This document shows positions 10,817 to 21,189 of a DNA stretch of 64,000 bases, in pieces; position 1 is the first letter of the stretch, and every line of letters starts with the position of its first letter. The position numbers and the translations under genes were made by a program. Source of the stretch: Cyanophora paradoxa CCMP329. Taxonomy: Eukaryota > Plantae > Glaucophyta. The stretch lies in assembly GCA_004431415.1 (NCBI GenBank), contig QPMI01000436.1, positions 372,001 through 436,000 on the forward strand, written 5' to 3'. The notes beneath the pieces are model-generated. The model did no database searches. It saw nothing but the letters and a program-made list of their open reading frames with translations, and was not told where the DNA came from.

Positions 10817-12362
10817 AGGCACCTGTAAAGTCAACTCTCATTGTGGGAGCATTCACATACACAAGGGGATAAATGCGAATATATCTTATTCTCAGAGAAT
10901 AACCTATGTAAAAAGCATCCTTGATGCTGAGAGGGAACCCACTCAATAGAGCCACATCACCAGAGTTGTGAGCATTGTTAATGTTCTCACAGACATATAT
11001 TTTGTTTTGCCCATCTGATCGAATAAAAGACCAGTTGATCCCATCAGTGGATGTTGCCACATTGAAAGTCTTAATAAAAGCATTGGTGTCCCCTGATCCA
11101 TAGGCAATCACAGAGGAGAGTTCAAAAGTATATGGAAAAGCAACTTGAAGGTATTCAGTGGGGGTTTCCCATATCTGTTCAGGAGCATAGGCTCCAGCTT
11201 CCCAGCCAAATGCTGAAGGTCTAGCCATGAAAGGCTCTTTACCTGTCACAGAGGATGAGGCAGTAAAGGCATCATCTGCAAGCTGATACCAATTGGCATC
11301 CAAAGGAGGTGATGTAGTGAGAGTGGATGAAATGTAAGCCTTTGTAGGGTTCTTTAGTTCATAGTTTGCTACTAGTAGGCTGCAAAGCTTATTAATCATA
11401 TCATTGTTTGCTGCAATGTATGTTTCAGTGAATGCAAGCATGTCTGGGATCTTAGATGTGTCATCCAGGGAGCTTACTATATGATTTGGAAGAGGGACTG
11501 ATAACCTATAGTATCTCCCATAATCCTGATCATAGTTGTAGGGTAACAACTCCTCCATCTTATCAAGGGCAGATAGCTCACTTGCAGCCATGAGCATGTT
11601 AATCAATGGGCTTCCATCTGTTGAGGCAATCCATGAGAGAATGCCCCAGCTGTTTACAGTCTCATAAGCATAACCCACATAATCAGACTCTAAATGTGGG
11701 TCCACCTCTCCACAAGAGATGCTTATTACTATAATGTCATCATCATCACTGTAAATCTTCTTTGCATGGCTGTAACCACACACACTGGGATTATTGTTTC
11801 CCGAAATGGCACCATCAATGAGACAGACATATACTCCCCTATTGAAATCAACAATGCTTACAGGAGAGAAATATGTAGGAGCAGCAGAAGTAGCCCTAGC
11901 AGCAATCTTACAAGGCATAAAGTTGTAATTGTTGTCATTTGTGATAAATATTGGTTTCATATTCTGAGTATCAAAGGATGTAATCACAATGTCCTTTAGG
12001 GAATCCTGTATTAGTGATTCACCAGTAACTGAATTGATTGCAGTCTCCAAGGGTCCCACATCATACTTTGTATTAAATAGGGCATTTTCGATTATATTTC
12101 GAGGATTTGCGAAAATCAAGGGCAGTTGGGCTAGGTAAATGTTGTGTAAATCGTTTGCTGTGAGTTTAGGTTCACCTGGTTTATCAGGATGCCTTATATT
12201 CAAACCTATTGCAATGATCCCACCAGTGGAAGTTCCACTCACAAGATCCACAAGATCGATTATTCTCCTGCCAGTTCGATTTTCGATTTCTTTTAGCAGC
12301 CTGGTTATGATAATGCCCCTTGCACCCCCGCCAGAAAGACTTAAACAAACCCTGAGAGGCAT
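10806..12362 (-). CDS. Patatin-like phospholipase fused to a C-terminal F5/8 type C (discoidin) domain
   Basis: LSLSGGGARG, GTSTGG (catalytic Ser), ATSAAPTYF, LIDGAI..NNP; C-terminal FTASS...EYLQVAF...F.VATSTDGINW...RYIRIYP...MRVDFTG. Confidence 0.9.
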   Translation of the reverse strand: MPLRVCLSLSGGGARGIIITRLLKEIENRTGRRIIDLVDLVSGTSTGGIIAIGLNIRHPDKPGEPKLTANDLHNIYLAQLPLIFANPRNIIENALFNTKYDVGPLETAINSVTGESLIQDSLKDIVITSFDTQNMKPIFITNDNNYNFMPCKIAARATSAAPTYFSPVSIVDFNRGVYVCLIDGAISGNNNPSVCGYSHAKKIYSDDDDIIVISISCGEVDPHLESDYVGYAYETVNSWGILSWIASTDGSPLINMLMAASELSALDKMEELLPYNYDQDYGRYYRLSVPLPNHIVSSLDDTSKIPDMLAFTETYIAANNDMINKLCSLLVANYELKNPTKAYISSTLTTSPPLDANWYQLADDAFTASSSVTGKEPFMARPSAFGWEAGAYAPEQIWETPTEYLQVAFPYTFELSSVIAYGSGDTNAFIKTFNVATSTDGINWSFIRSDGQNKIYVCENINNAHNSGDVALLSGFPLSIKDAFYIGYSLRIRYIRIYPLVYVNAPTMRVDFTGAFIR

Positions 12363-12405
12363 CTTTTACTTATCAGGAATTTTATAAATCCATATAGTAA
12401 AAGCC

Positions 12406-15400
12406 ATGAGCTTCAATTACCCACCCAATCTAGAAACCATTCAAGATGATAATGCAAGCAGCACCAAGCATGTGAACTTTGATAATATTAAAGTAAAGGG
12501 TTCAGTTTCGATTGACCACAGTTCCGATAATTCATCCAAGACTCAATCAAGGGAGCATGCTTTATCTGTGAATCAAACCGATCCAGATAAGGAGGAAGTT
12601 AGTGTTGCTTTTAGCTTGGGTAATGTGAAAGCAAACCAAGTGGCAGAGATCAAAGCAACAAGAAGGAGACCTAGGAAACTAAAAACCAGTGGCACTCACC
12701 CAGATATACCTTCCAGGTTTGATAGTGGTCGATTGATTTTCAATGTTCAAGATGAGCAGGGCAAACAGAACACAGCTTTGCGAATTTACAATGAGGGCAG
12801 CACTGCAAAAGCTGAGGTCCCCCAAGTATTGCAAGTGGGTCCCATTGCCAATACAAATCAGGTTTCCTACACAAATGATGTCTACCCCAAGGATATTACA
12901 TATGATTTTGCGAGGAATGAGCCTTTTGGGTTCTTTACTCCAAAAGATGTCCATCAAAAAAAGCCATCAATTACAATCAACAGTAGCCCCAGTCAGCCAG
13001 TAGCAATCCATTTACATCCTGATTTAGTCGAAATGGATAGGCACCTTTTGCCTTTGTATAGCAATGTGAAAGACCTTGGAATTCGAACCAGGCAATGGCG
13101 AAATATCCATGGCAGCAATGTGTATGCAAATGGGGAGAAACTTGTTAGTGAGAAAACCCTAAGAGAAATCATTGAGCATTATGGTCCCAATGGACCTACT
13201 GTCCCATTCCCTATTCCATTTCCCAATGGACCACCCGATTTAACACCAAAGAAGCAGCCTGGAAGAGAATACACAGCCACTGAGGATGTAGCCTTTGGGC
13301 AGCACATTGTTAGTTGGGAGCAAGTTCGCAATAAACCTATAATTGAACCAAAAAAGCAAATAGATGAGCAGTATTTACCTCCTGAAATCGATATATTAGA
13401 GCTTGATGAATATCAATTCGTTCCAGATGAGGAGGAGTATTTACCAGATGGTTTTGACCCACAAGAGTATGAGTATGATCAATATGACCCCAATGAGGAG
13501 GAAATATTACCAGATGGCTTAGATCCACAAGAGTTTGAGTATGAGCAGAACTATGAACCTGATGAGGAGTATTTGCCAGATGGGCATGATCCACCAGCTG
13601 TTGATTATGAGCAACCTTATGAACCCCATGAGGAATTGTTACCAGATGGATTTCGACCTGAGATCTGGGAGTTCTTTCCTGATTATGAACAAATAAATAA
13701 TAAACCTGCAAAGTATCCCCCAGAGGATCACAATCATGATTGGGATGAGATCTTAGGCAAACCTCAAAAGTATCCACCAGAGGATCACAGGCATGATTGG
13801 GGTGAAATTGATGGGATACCTACTGAGTTCCCACCAAGCAAACATGAACATATTTGGGATGAGATCAATGACCAACCAGAATTTGCAAAGGTAGAGCCTC
13901 TTGATAACTTGGGGGTTTCTCTTTACCAGACTTGCAATGTCCCTGAAAGAATCTTTTTGAATGAACACTATGTTCATGTGAATGGGACACTTGCGAATTC
14001 AGCTATGAGAGGACCACTTCATATTAGGACACTACCAGGCTCTTTTGAAACCCCACCACCACCAGGAGCAACCATACCAAATATCTTTGTGTCAAGCTAC
14101 ATGGAGGCTGACATTCCCACAGATACATTCAGAGTCCCAACAGACCCAGCAACCTACCAAAATTACAACTCTGCTATACAGGTTCATGTAGCAGATGTAA
14201 GCAGCTTAGATGGCTCAAGACCAATGATAGTATTCAGTCGAGATAAATACTCCTACATTCCCATAGTGGGAACTGCAAATGATAACTATGGGAGGGCAGA
14301 GCTTGCATGGATTAAAACAGATTATGGTGGGGTTCTGGAAGCTAATCAGAGGATGGCTGCAAAAAACATACACAATGAGAACATTTCAAGAGTGGTCACA
14401 GAGGATTATCTAGAAGATCAAGGATATATTGATGAAGGTGAACTCACAAATACTCTCTCTCTTTTTGTGATCAAAAATGACACAAACCTTACAGTCACAA
14501 GTAACATTTACACCAGCAACCTTTATACAAGTAACATTTTCACAAGTAACCTATGGGCAAGTAATATTTATGGAAGTAATCTTGAAGTCGACTATTTGAC
14601 TGTGAATATTGAAGCAAATCTACCAAATCATCCTACATCCAATGTAGTTTTAGGTTGGATCGATACCCACACCCACACAAAAGATGAAATAACAGATTTT
14701 GCACATGAGCATTTATGGGAGCATATAACAGATCCACCATTAACCTTCCCACCCAGTTCTCATGAGCATTTATGGAGCATATAACAAATCCACCATTAAC
14801 CTTTCCACCTGATCCACACAGTCATGATTACTCCCAGATCACCAACTGCAATCACAGACACCCTTGGAATGAAATCGATCAACAACCAGTGTTTGCACAA
14901 TTGAATGCAATCGGAAATGTTTTCAATGGAGTCACACTTTACCAATCGAGTAATACACCTGAAAGATTGTATTTGAATGATCATTATGTTAGTCTCAATG
15001 GGACTTTTACAGGTCAAACAGGCACTCCAATGGAGGGAACTCTTGCAGTAAGATTACCCAGGGATCCAATTGTAAATGGAGTTTATGATGGTGATTTCAA
15101 TGTAGGAGTAAATGATACTTTCCCAGTATCTATGTTACGAATTATCACCCAGGTGAAACAGGACAAGTAGCCGATTTTTCAGCAGCTATTCAAATAAACG
15201 TTACAGATCAAAGCCCATATGATGGAGCAAGACCTAAGATTGTGTTCACAAGGGAGAAAGTTGTAAACTACCTTCCTGTTGTGGGACAACCCACAGATGA
15301 TCATGGGAAATGTGAGATGGCATGGATTAAAACGACATCAGGTGGAGCCTTAGAAGTCAATCAGAGGATGGCAGCAAAAAACTTACACAATACCACCCTT

Positions 15401-18400
15401 TCAGGTGTGGTCACAGATGATTACCTAACCAATAAAGGGTATCTTACTTCTGCAGATTTAAGCAGTTATACAACTGATGCAGAGTTAACATCAGCTCTTG
15501 CAAATTATCTACCTCTTACAGGTGGGACTGTCAATGGAACTGTGAATGCTACCACTCTACAAATTGGTGGAACCACAATACCAAAAGGTTACGATTTTGA
15601 CCAATTAGATGTGGTTTCGACAGACAGAAGCGCAAATAATTGGACTGTTAATTGGACAGGACATAGAACAGGACAAACAGGATGTTACACCACACCTGAG
15701 AATGATGCTGATGTTACGGGTTGTTGGATGCGTTGGGCAATACCAGAGGGTATGAAATCGTTTTATATTCAACTTTTAAATTGGCATAATTGTAGATATT
15801 TCGACATTTACGGTGAAACTGTGAATGGACATCAGCATTTCCTAAAACGTGTTAATCACTATCAAGCAATACAAGATAGCGGAATTCAAGATGGAACCTA
15901 TAACGCTATTATATATACTTCTATTAACTGTGATTTCTATAAAAAGATTGTTGTAAAAGGTGTAAAAGGTCGCATTTATTTTACGGGTGTGTTTGGTTGG
16001 AGTCGTCAGAGAGCAACCGATAATGATGTGGGATTAATTCATTATGATAATATCGCTTTTAATCCTGTCGGCAAATATTCCGATTTTGATGTGGTGAGTG
16101 GTTGGAATAGCACAGGTGTAGCATTCCCAGCCGGAGCTTGGACAACAGGATGGAAACCCACAACAGATAACCCAGTAGAGGGTTTTTATTGCAACCAAAC
16201 AGACGATGAAAGCGGCAGTGGATATATGCAGTGTCAAGTTCCAGCAGGAATGAAAACATGTCACATTCAATATTTATGTTGGACGAATGGGCGATATTTC
16301 GATATTTATGGATACCGAAATGGTCGATGGAATTATATTATGAGAGTGAATACGTATCAAAATGTTCAAAACACAGCCGACACAGCTTGGCATTCGAGTT
16401 TATTATGGACATCCGTATTTTGTGGGAGTTTCTCATATATTGGAATTTTCGCAAAGAAAGGACGAATTCACATTGGAATGCTTGGATGGACAAAAGAAGT
16501 AGGAAGAACAGCGCCAGCAAATGGTTTGATAAGTTGGGATAATATTTACAGTCGTCCGGCGTTATTTACAGCCGCAGACCTTCCACAAACAGCAACATGG
16601 GCTGTCCAGACATGGCTAAAATCAACTGACAACTATGAGCGGTTTTATTTTGGAAACGCCAGCACTACATTTATTCGAGGTAGACCCAATAGTGACAGCG
16701 TTTGCATCGAATTCAGAAACTCAGGGGATGCAGCATTATTAAAATCTTATGAAAACGGCAACCTTTGGGTGAATAATACTGTGTCAGCTCCGACTCTAAG
16801 TGGAACAATTATTAATGGGGGTTCGATAAATGCAACTACAAACTATAAATTTGGCGACAAAACAATGCCTCGATGTGTAGAATATGATGCATCAGTTGCA
16901 GGAAATTCGCCACATGGTTATGCAGGAGGTTGGGGTTTTGAAGGTGGAACAGCATGGGAACCCTACTATAATTACGGTGGGTATGCTTACAATAATGAGA
17001 GTGGCGACACTGTTGTTAACGGCTCATGGGTTGATTACACAATACCCACTGATTTATATACAGGAACAGCCCACTTAACATATCTCCCTTGGGTAAATTG
17101 TCGTTACTTTGAGATTTGGGGAATTAATAGACAAGGAAATGCGGTTTTCATTGCAAGAGTGAATAGTTATCATCAATATGAAAGCGCACCAGATGGAAAC
17201 CACAATGGTTTACAAAATGTCCCTATTATGTTGGGAAATCGCTTTATTCGCCTTCGTATTATTCCAAAGGTAGGAAGAGTTCACATAATGGGCATTGGAT
17301 TTACTCGCACTTGGACAGGAAGTAGTTATGGTGGTCACACAGGTTATGTTTCTTGGGATAACATTTATAGTAAGCCAAATCTACTAACAACGAATTTAGT
17401 TGGAAATATTACAGGTTTTGATACTTGGAGTGGAACAGGTAGTGGTGGTCTATCATTTAGTGGATCTTGGGTGTCAGGTTGGACAGCTTCTTATTCTAAT
17501 CCCGTCGATGGATTTTATAGCAGTATTTCAGATGATTCAACAAGTGGTGATTGGGCGCAAATTGAAGTCCCAGCAAATATGCAAACATGTCATGTCCAAT
17601 ATTTGTGTTGGTCGAATTGTCGATATTTCGATATTGGAGGTTATCGATCGGGTAGATGGTTCCACATTATGCGAGTTAATACTTATCAGACTGTCTCAAA
17701 TTATGGAACCACAGATTATCACGATGGTTTGGCGTGGGCTTCTTTTGCTTGTGATTATTTCTCACATGTTAGATTTGTTGCAAGAAAAGGGAGATGTTAT
17801 ATTGGTATGGTTGGATGGACGAAAGAAAAAGGGAGAACCTCACCAGCAAATGGTATGATCAGCTGGGATAATGTATATAGTAAAGATGCTCGCACAACTT
17901 GGGCAACCGGAACTTGGATAACATCAGATGAAGGTAATGGGAGAGTTTATTTCGGTTCATCATCAACTACATACATTAAAGGTTATGGTTACGAAATGAT
18001 CCATTTTAGAGCAGGAAATGATATAACAATGCAAGCTTTTTATAATAATGGTGACGTTTACTTTTGGGGATGGCTTACACAAGGAAGTGATAGAAGATAC
18101 AAAACCGACATTAAAAATATAACCGGCGCCCTTTCAGCAATCGAACAATTACAGGGTGTGAGTTACAAAAAGATTGGTGATGAAAAACAGAAAGTTAACT
18201 TAGGTTTGATTGCGCAAGATGTCGAAAAGGTCATACCAGAAGTAGTAGGTAAAAATCACGAAAATTATTTGACCCTTGCATACACAGGTTTAATTCCGGT
18301 TCTCATTGAAGCAGTGAAGGAGTTATCCCAAAAATGCAAAGATTTAACACAAACCTGTGAGAATCTCCAAAGTCAAATAGACCAAATTAAAAATATCACA

Positions 18401-18409
18401 GTATTATAA
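12406..18409 (+). CDS. Large modular fibre/spike protein (~2000 aa) with C-terminal peptidase S74-type intramolecular chaperone; two 1-bp frameshifts (~14775, ~15123)
   Basis: Three ORFs join on adding one G and one C, supported by comparison with internal repeats. Contains acidic EEYLPDG repeats, HxHxWxxI..P..FPP tail-fibre repeats, TSNI pentapeptides, four ~155-aa Trp/Tyr-rich domains and SDRRYKTDI...GLIAQDVEKVIPEVV...YTGLIPVLIEAVKEL. Confidence 0.85.
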
Positions 18410-18715
18410 ATGGCGACCTATCCTCTTGGTGGAACCACCTATTCTACTGAGCCTGTTGCACTTTCTTTTGATACAATCACCCTTGTAAACGCATTACAAA
18501 CAGTTGAAAAAACAATACAACAAACTAACAAACTGTCACCGGTTGTTCATGAATATAAAAACCTCTTGGTTAATGTCCTTGCTCAAGCTGCATTTGGTGA
18601 CCCTGTTGCTAAATACACTGAGTGTGATAACAACATTAAAGCAATGACATCCAACCTTCAAACACTTTCAGTTGCCTACCAATCCCTTGGATCGAATTTA
18701 ATCACTTTGGCTTGA
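18410..18715 (+). CDS. Small helical protein abutting the fibre gene (possible assembly factor)
   Basis: ATG immediately follows the fibre stop codon; 101 aa. Confidence 0.6.
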   Translation: MATYPLGGTTYSTEPVALSFDTITLVNALQTVEKTIQQTNKLSPVVHEYKNLLVNVLAQAAFGDPVAKYTECDNNIKAMTSNLQTLSVAYQSLGSNLITLA

Positions 18716-18754
18716 TGGTAGTTTATTTTTCTTTCCTTCTTAGTAAAAGAAGCC

Positions 18755-19609
18755 ATGGGTGAATATAATCGAGTTCAACTGCCTATATATTCCCTTGGAT
18801 CCCCTGCAATGCATTTTCGCCAGCATGAAGTAAATGATGAGGTTCGTGGTTTAGAATCCACAGAGAGACCCAACTCCAATGGTAACTCCTTTGATAAAAA
18901 TTCGATTATTCGAGTTAAAGAGCTGAGAGCTGATAAGAATTCAGGTGTGGTGAAAACAACTCGACTTCTTGTCACAAATGCAAACTTCTTCCAACCTACT
19001 AATGGAGGTCCAGATGCTTACAGTGTTGATCTGAAAGCCCTTGATTTCGATAAGAATTCTGCAGCTGTAACTGTGAGATCAGGAGGAGCATTTATTGGTG
19101 GTGGCTGCAGAGTTTCAGGTCAGCTATCTTCATCTGTTTCCTACAATGATGTCCCAGATACTCTCGAACAAAATGTGGAGAACCCACAACGAATTCGTTT
19201 CTACACACCTGTTGCACAGCAACCTTTTTTGCATTTCTATGTTGCATCCTCTGTAACTCTTGAGAATTCGGAATTAGTTTCCATTACAGGAACTGATCGA
19301 GTAAGAAGAAATATTCCTCTTCCCACTGCAATGCTTTCCATGTGTAGAGCCAATAATAATCAACCAGGACACAACTACTTATTCTTTGTTCAAGCTTCGA
19401 ACCATTTTGGCAGAGGATATTGTGTTTATAACAATTTGACATTTACCTATGATCTGTTTGTCACTGAGGTTGGAGTATACAATACTATGATTATGGGACT
19501 GAGAACAGATATAGCAGCTGTATCAGCACTTCGTGGGGTAAATGTTGCTGATATATTCACAACAGGATTTTACCAAGAATTAGATGTAATTGATGACCCA
19601 ACCCCATAA
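18755..19609 (+). CDS. Short fibre-like protein, paralogue 1
   Basis: Shares ELRxDKNxGxVKTTxLLVTNANF and SGGAxIGxGxRVxG with the next ORF; the latter resembles fibre-shaft repeats. Confidence 0.65.
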   Translation: MGEYNRVQLPIYSLGSPAMHFRQHEVNDEVRGLESTERPNSNGNSFDKNSIIRVKELRADKNSGVVKTTRLLVTNANFFQPTNGGPDAYSVDLKALDFDKNSAAVTVRSGGAFIGGGCRVSGQLSSSVSYNDVPDTLEQNVENPQRIRFYTPVAQQPFLHFYVASSVTLENSELVSITGTDRVRRNIPLPTAMLSMCRANNNQPGHNYLFFVQASNHFGRGYCVYNNLTFTYDLFVTEVGVYNTMIMGLRTDIAAVSALRGVNVADIFTTGFYQELDVIDDPTP

Positions 19610-19632
19610 AAGATATATCCCTTTAATGTAAA

Positions 19633-20466
19633 ATGGCTGAGCAACCCCCACTTGAACGAATTATTACACCTCAACTATCATTAGCTGCCCCAGCAAACCA
19701 TGTTTTACAGCATGCTACTTTTGATGATGTAGAGGGTCTCCAATCAACAGAGGTCCAACCTACAATGAACACCTTTGGTTCCACCCACAAGCTGAGATTA
19801 CAGGAACTCAGATGTGATAAAAATAATGGAATAGTTAAGACAACTAAGCTACTTGTCACAAATGCAAACTTTTCTGCTCATTATGGAGACCCAGATAGCT
19901 ATGGAGATCCTCTGTCTACTTATTCTTTTGAATCTAGGTCGGGAGCTATTAACTGCAAATCGGGGGGAGCATATATTGGGGATGGTCTTAGGGTTGGTGG
20001 GGCTGTTGGAGCGCCTTTATTTGTGAATGATCAACCCAATCCCATTGATCCCAACACAAGAATTCGAACCTATGTCCCCAGCATGAATGCCCCCTATATA
20101 ATAAAAATATTCCCCATTGTTGTAAATGAACAAACAGCAGTAGTAGACTCTCTTGTTGAAATTGGTGACCACTACAAGGTAGTTGTGGATATCCCACCAG
20201 ATGTTTATGCTCTTTGTCAAGTAGAGGGTGGAACTCCTAATTTTGCAGTTGTGATCACCCCATATGATAATTTTGGTATTGCTTATCATGGAGTCAATTT
20301 CGGTTTGGAAGACTATCAGTTTCTGGTTAGAGCCACCAAGTTTGGTATCTACAAGTGTGTATTATATGCTGAGAGAACCGATTTTATTGCAAGGCAGAAT
20401 ACCTATGCTGAGTATTATGGCACAAATCGATATTTCCCCATTTTTGGGCAGGATACTGCTCCATAA
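19633..20466 (+). CDS. Short fibre-like protein, paralogue 2
   Basis: Full-length similarity to 18755-19609, strongest in the N-terminal half. Confidence 0.65.
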   Translation: MAEQPPLERIITPQLSLAAPANHVLQHATFDDVEGLQSTEVQPTMNTFGSTHKLRLQELRCDKNNGIVKTTKLLVTNANFSAHYGDPDSYGDPLSTYSFESRSGAINCKSGGAYIGDGLRVGGAVGAPLFVNDQPNPIDPNTRIRTYVPSMNAPYIIKIFPIVVNEQTAVVDSLVEIGDHYKVVVDIPPDVYALCQVEGGTPNFAVVITPYDNFGIAYHGVNFGLEDYQFLVRATKFGIYKCVLYAERTDFIARQNTYAEYYGTNRYFPIFGQDTAP

Positions 20467-20488
20467 GAATATTGGTTATATATAGAGT

Positions 20489-20761
20489 ATGGATAGTAAA
20501 ACAAAAAAGTTTATTGATGCTGCTATGACAGTCCATGGTAAAGATAAATTCGATTACAGTGAGACACATTACATCAAAGCCCAAGAGAAAGTATCTGTTA
20601 GATGTTTGCAATGTAACAAGGTGATCCTTACCTATCCATTTAATCATGTGAAGGGATCAGGGTGTAGGGACTGTAATAAAAGAAAAAGTCAAGCACATAG
20701 GAAAAGGGCTACTTCATCAATCAAAGTAGAGTACAGGGATATTTGCATTAGGTTCGATTAG
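20489..20761 (+). CDS. Single Zn-binding repeat related to the N-terminus of the endonuclease at 6616-7347, without nuclease domain
   Basis: FIDAAMTVHGKDKFDYS...KVSVRCLQC...HVKGSGCRDC aligns with FVDRANAKHNGKFDYS...KVLISCLTC...HLRGSSCKKC. Confidence 0.7.
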   Translation: MDSKTKKFIDAAMTVHGKDKFDYSETHYIKAQEKVSVRCLQCNKVILTYPFNHVKGSGCRDCNKRKSQAHRKRATSSIKVEYRDICIRFD

Positions 20762-20790
20762 GATTAATTAATTTTTCTAAGGTATTCTTA

Positions 20791-21189
20791 ATGGAGACTA
20801 AATACAGAGGCTTTCATGTAATGCTTGATTACAAGGCTAAAACAGCTATAGCAACAGGTTATGAACATGTGAGCTTCCTAGGTAATTGGATTATGGGAAC
20901 CCTTGAACAAGCAATATTAAGACAAGGCATTAGGATTGTTCATAAACACTGTGAGATATTTGATGGCAAACTATCACCTCCTGGTTTTGCATTGGTTCTG
21001 CTATTAGATGAAAGCCATTGTACAGCTCATTGTTATTCCAATGAAGGCATGTTAGCAATTGATATATTCAGTTGTGGTAAAGAAGCTCAGCATAAAACAC
21101 AAGCAGTAGCAGATGAGATCGATAAAACAATGAATTTCCTCACATTTGAGAAGACTGAGAGACATAAACATGATAGATTCCCGTTTTGA
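20791..21189 (+). CDS. speD: S-adenosylmethionine decarboxylase proenzyme (prokaryotic class 1b type, pyruvoyl-dependent)
   Basis: GFHVMLD...F..PPGFALVLLLDE|SHCTAHCY..EGMLAIDIFSCG: self-cleavage ESH site plus the conserved His and Cys; 132 aa. Confidence 0.88.
   Translation: METKYRGFHVMLDYKAKTAIATGYEHVSFLGNWIMGTLEQAILRQGIRIVHKHCEIFDGKLSPPGFALVLLLDESHCTAHCYSNEGMLAIDIFSCGKEAQHKTQAVADEIDKTMNFLTFEKTERHKHDRFPF

Noticed and set aside
3630-15125. Programmed ribosomal frameshifting in the helicase, MCP and fibre genes
   Set aside because: No shared slippery heptamer; all are single-base losses in C/G runs, and one is contradicted by the adjacent intact repeat copy.
15590-18409. Diversity-generating retroelement acting on the fibre repeats
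   Set aside because: No reverse transcriptase in the window, and the repeats differ at all base types rather than only at adenines.
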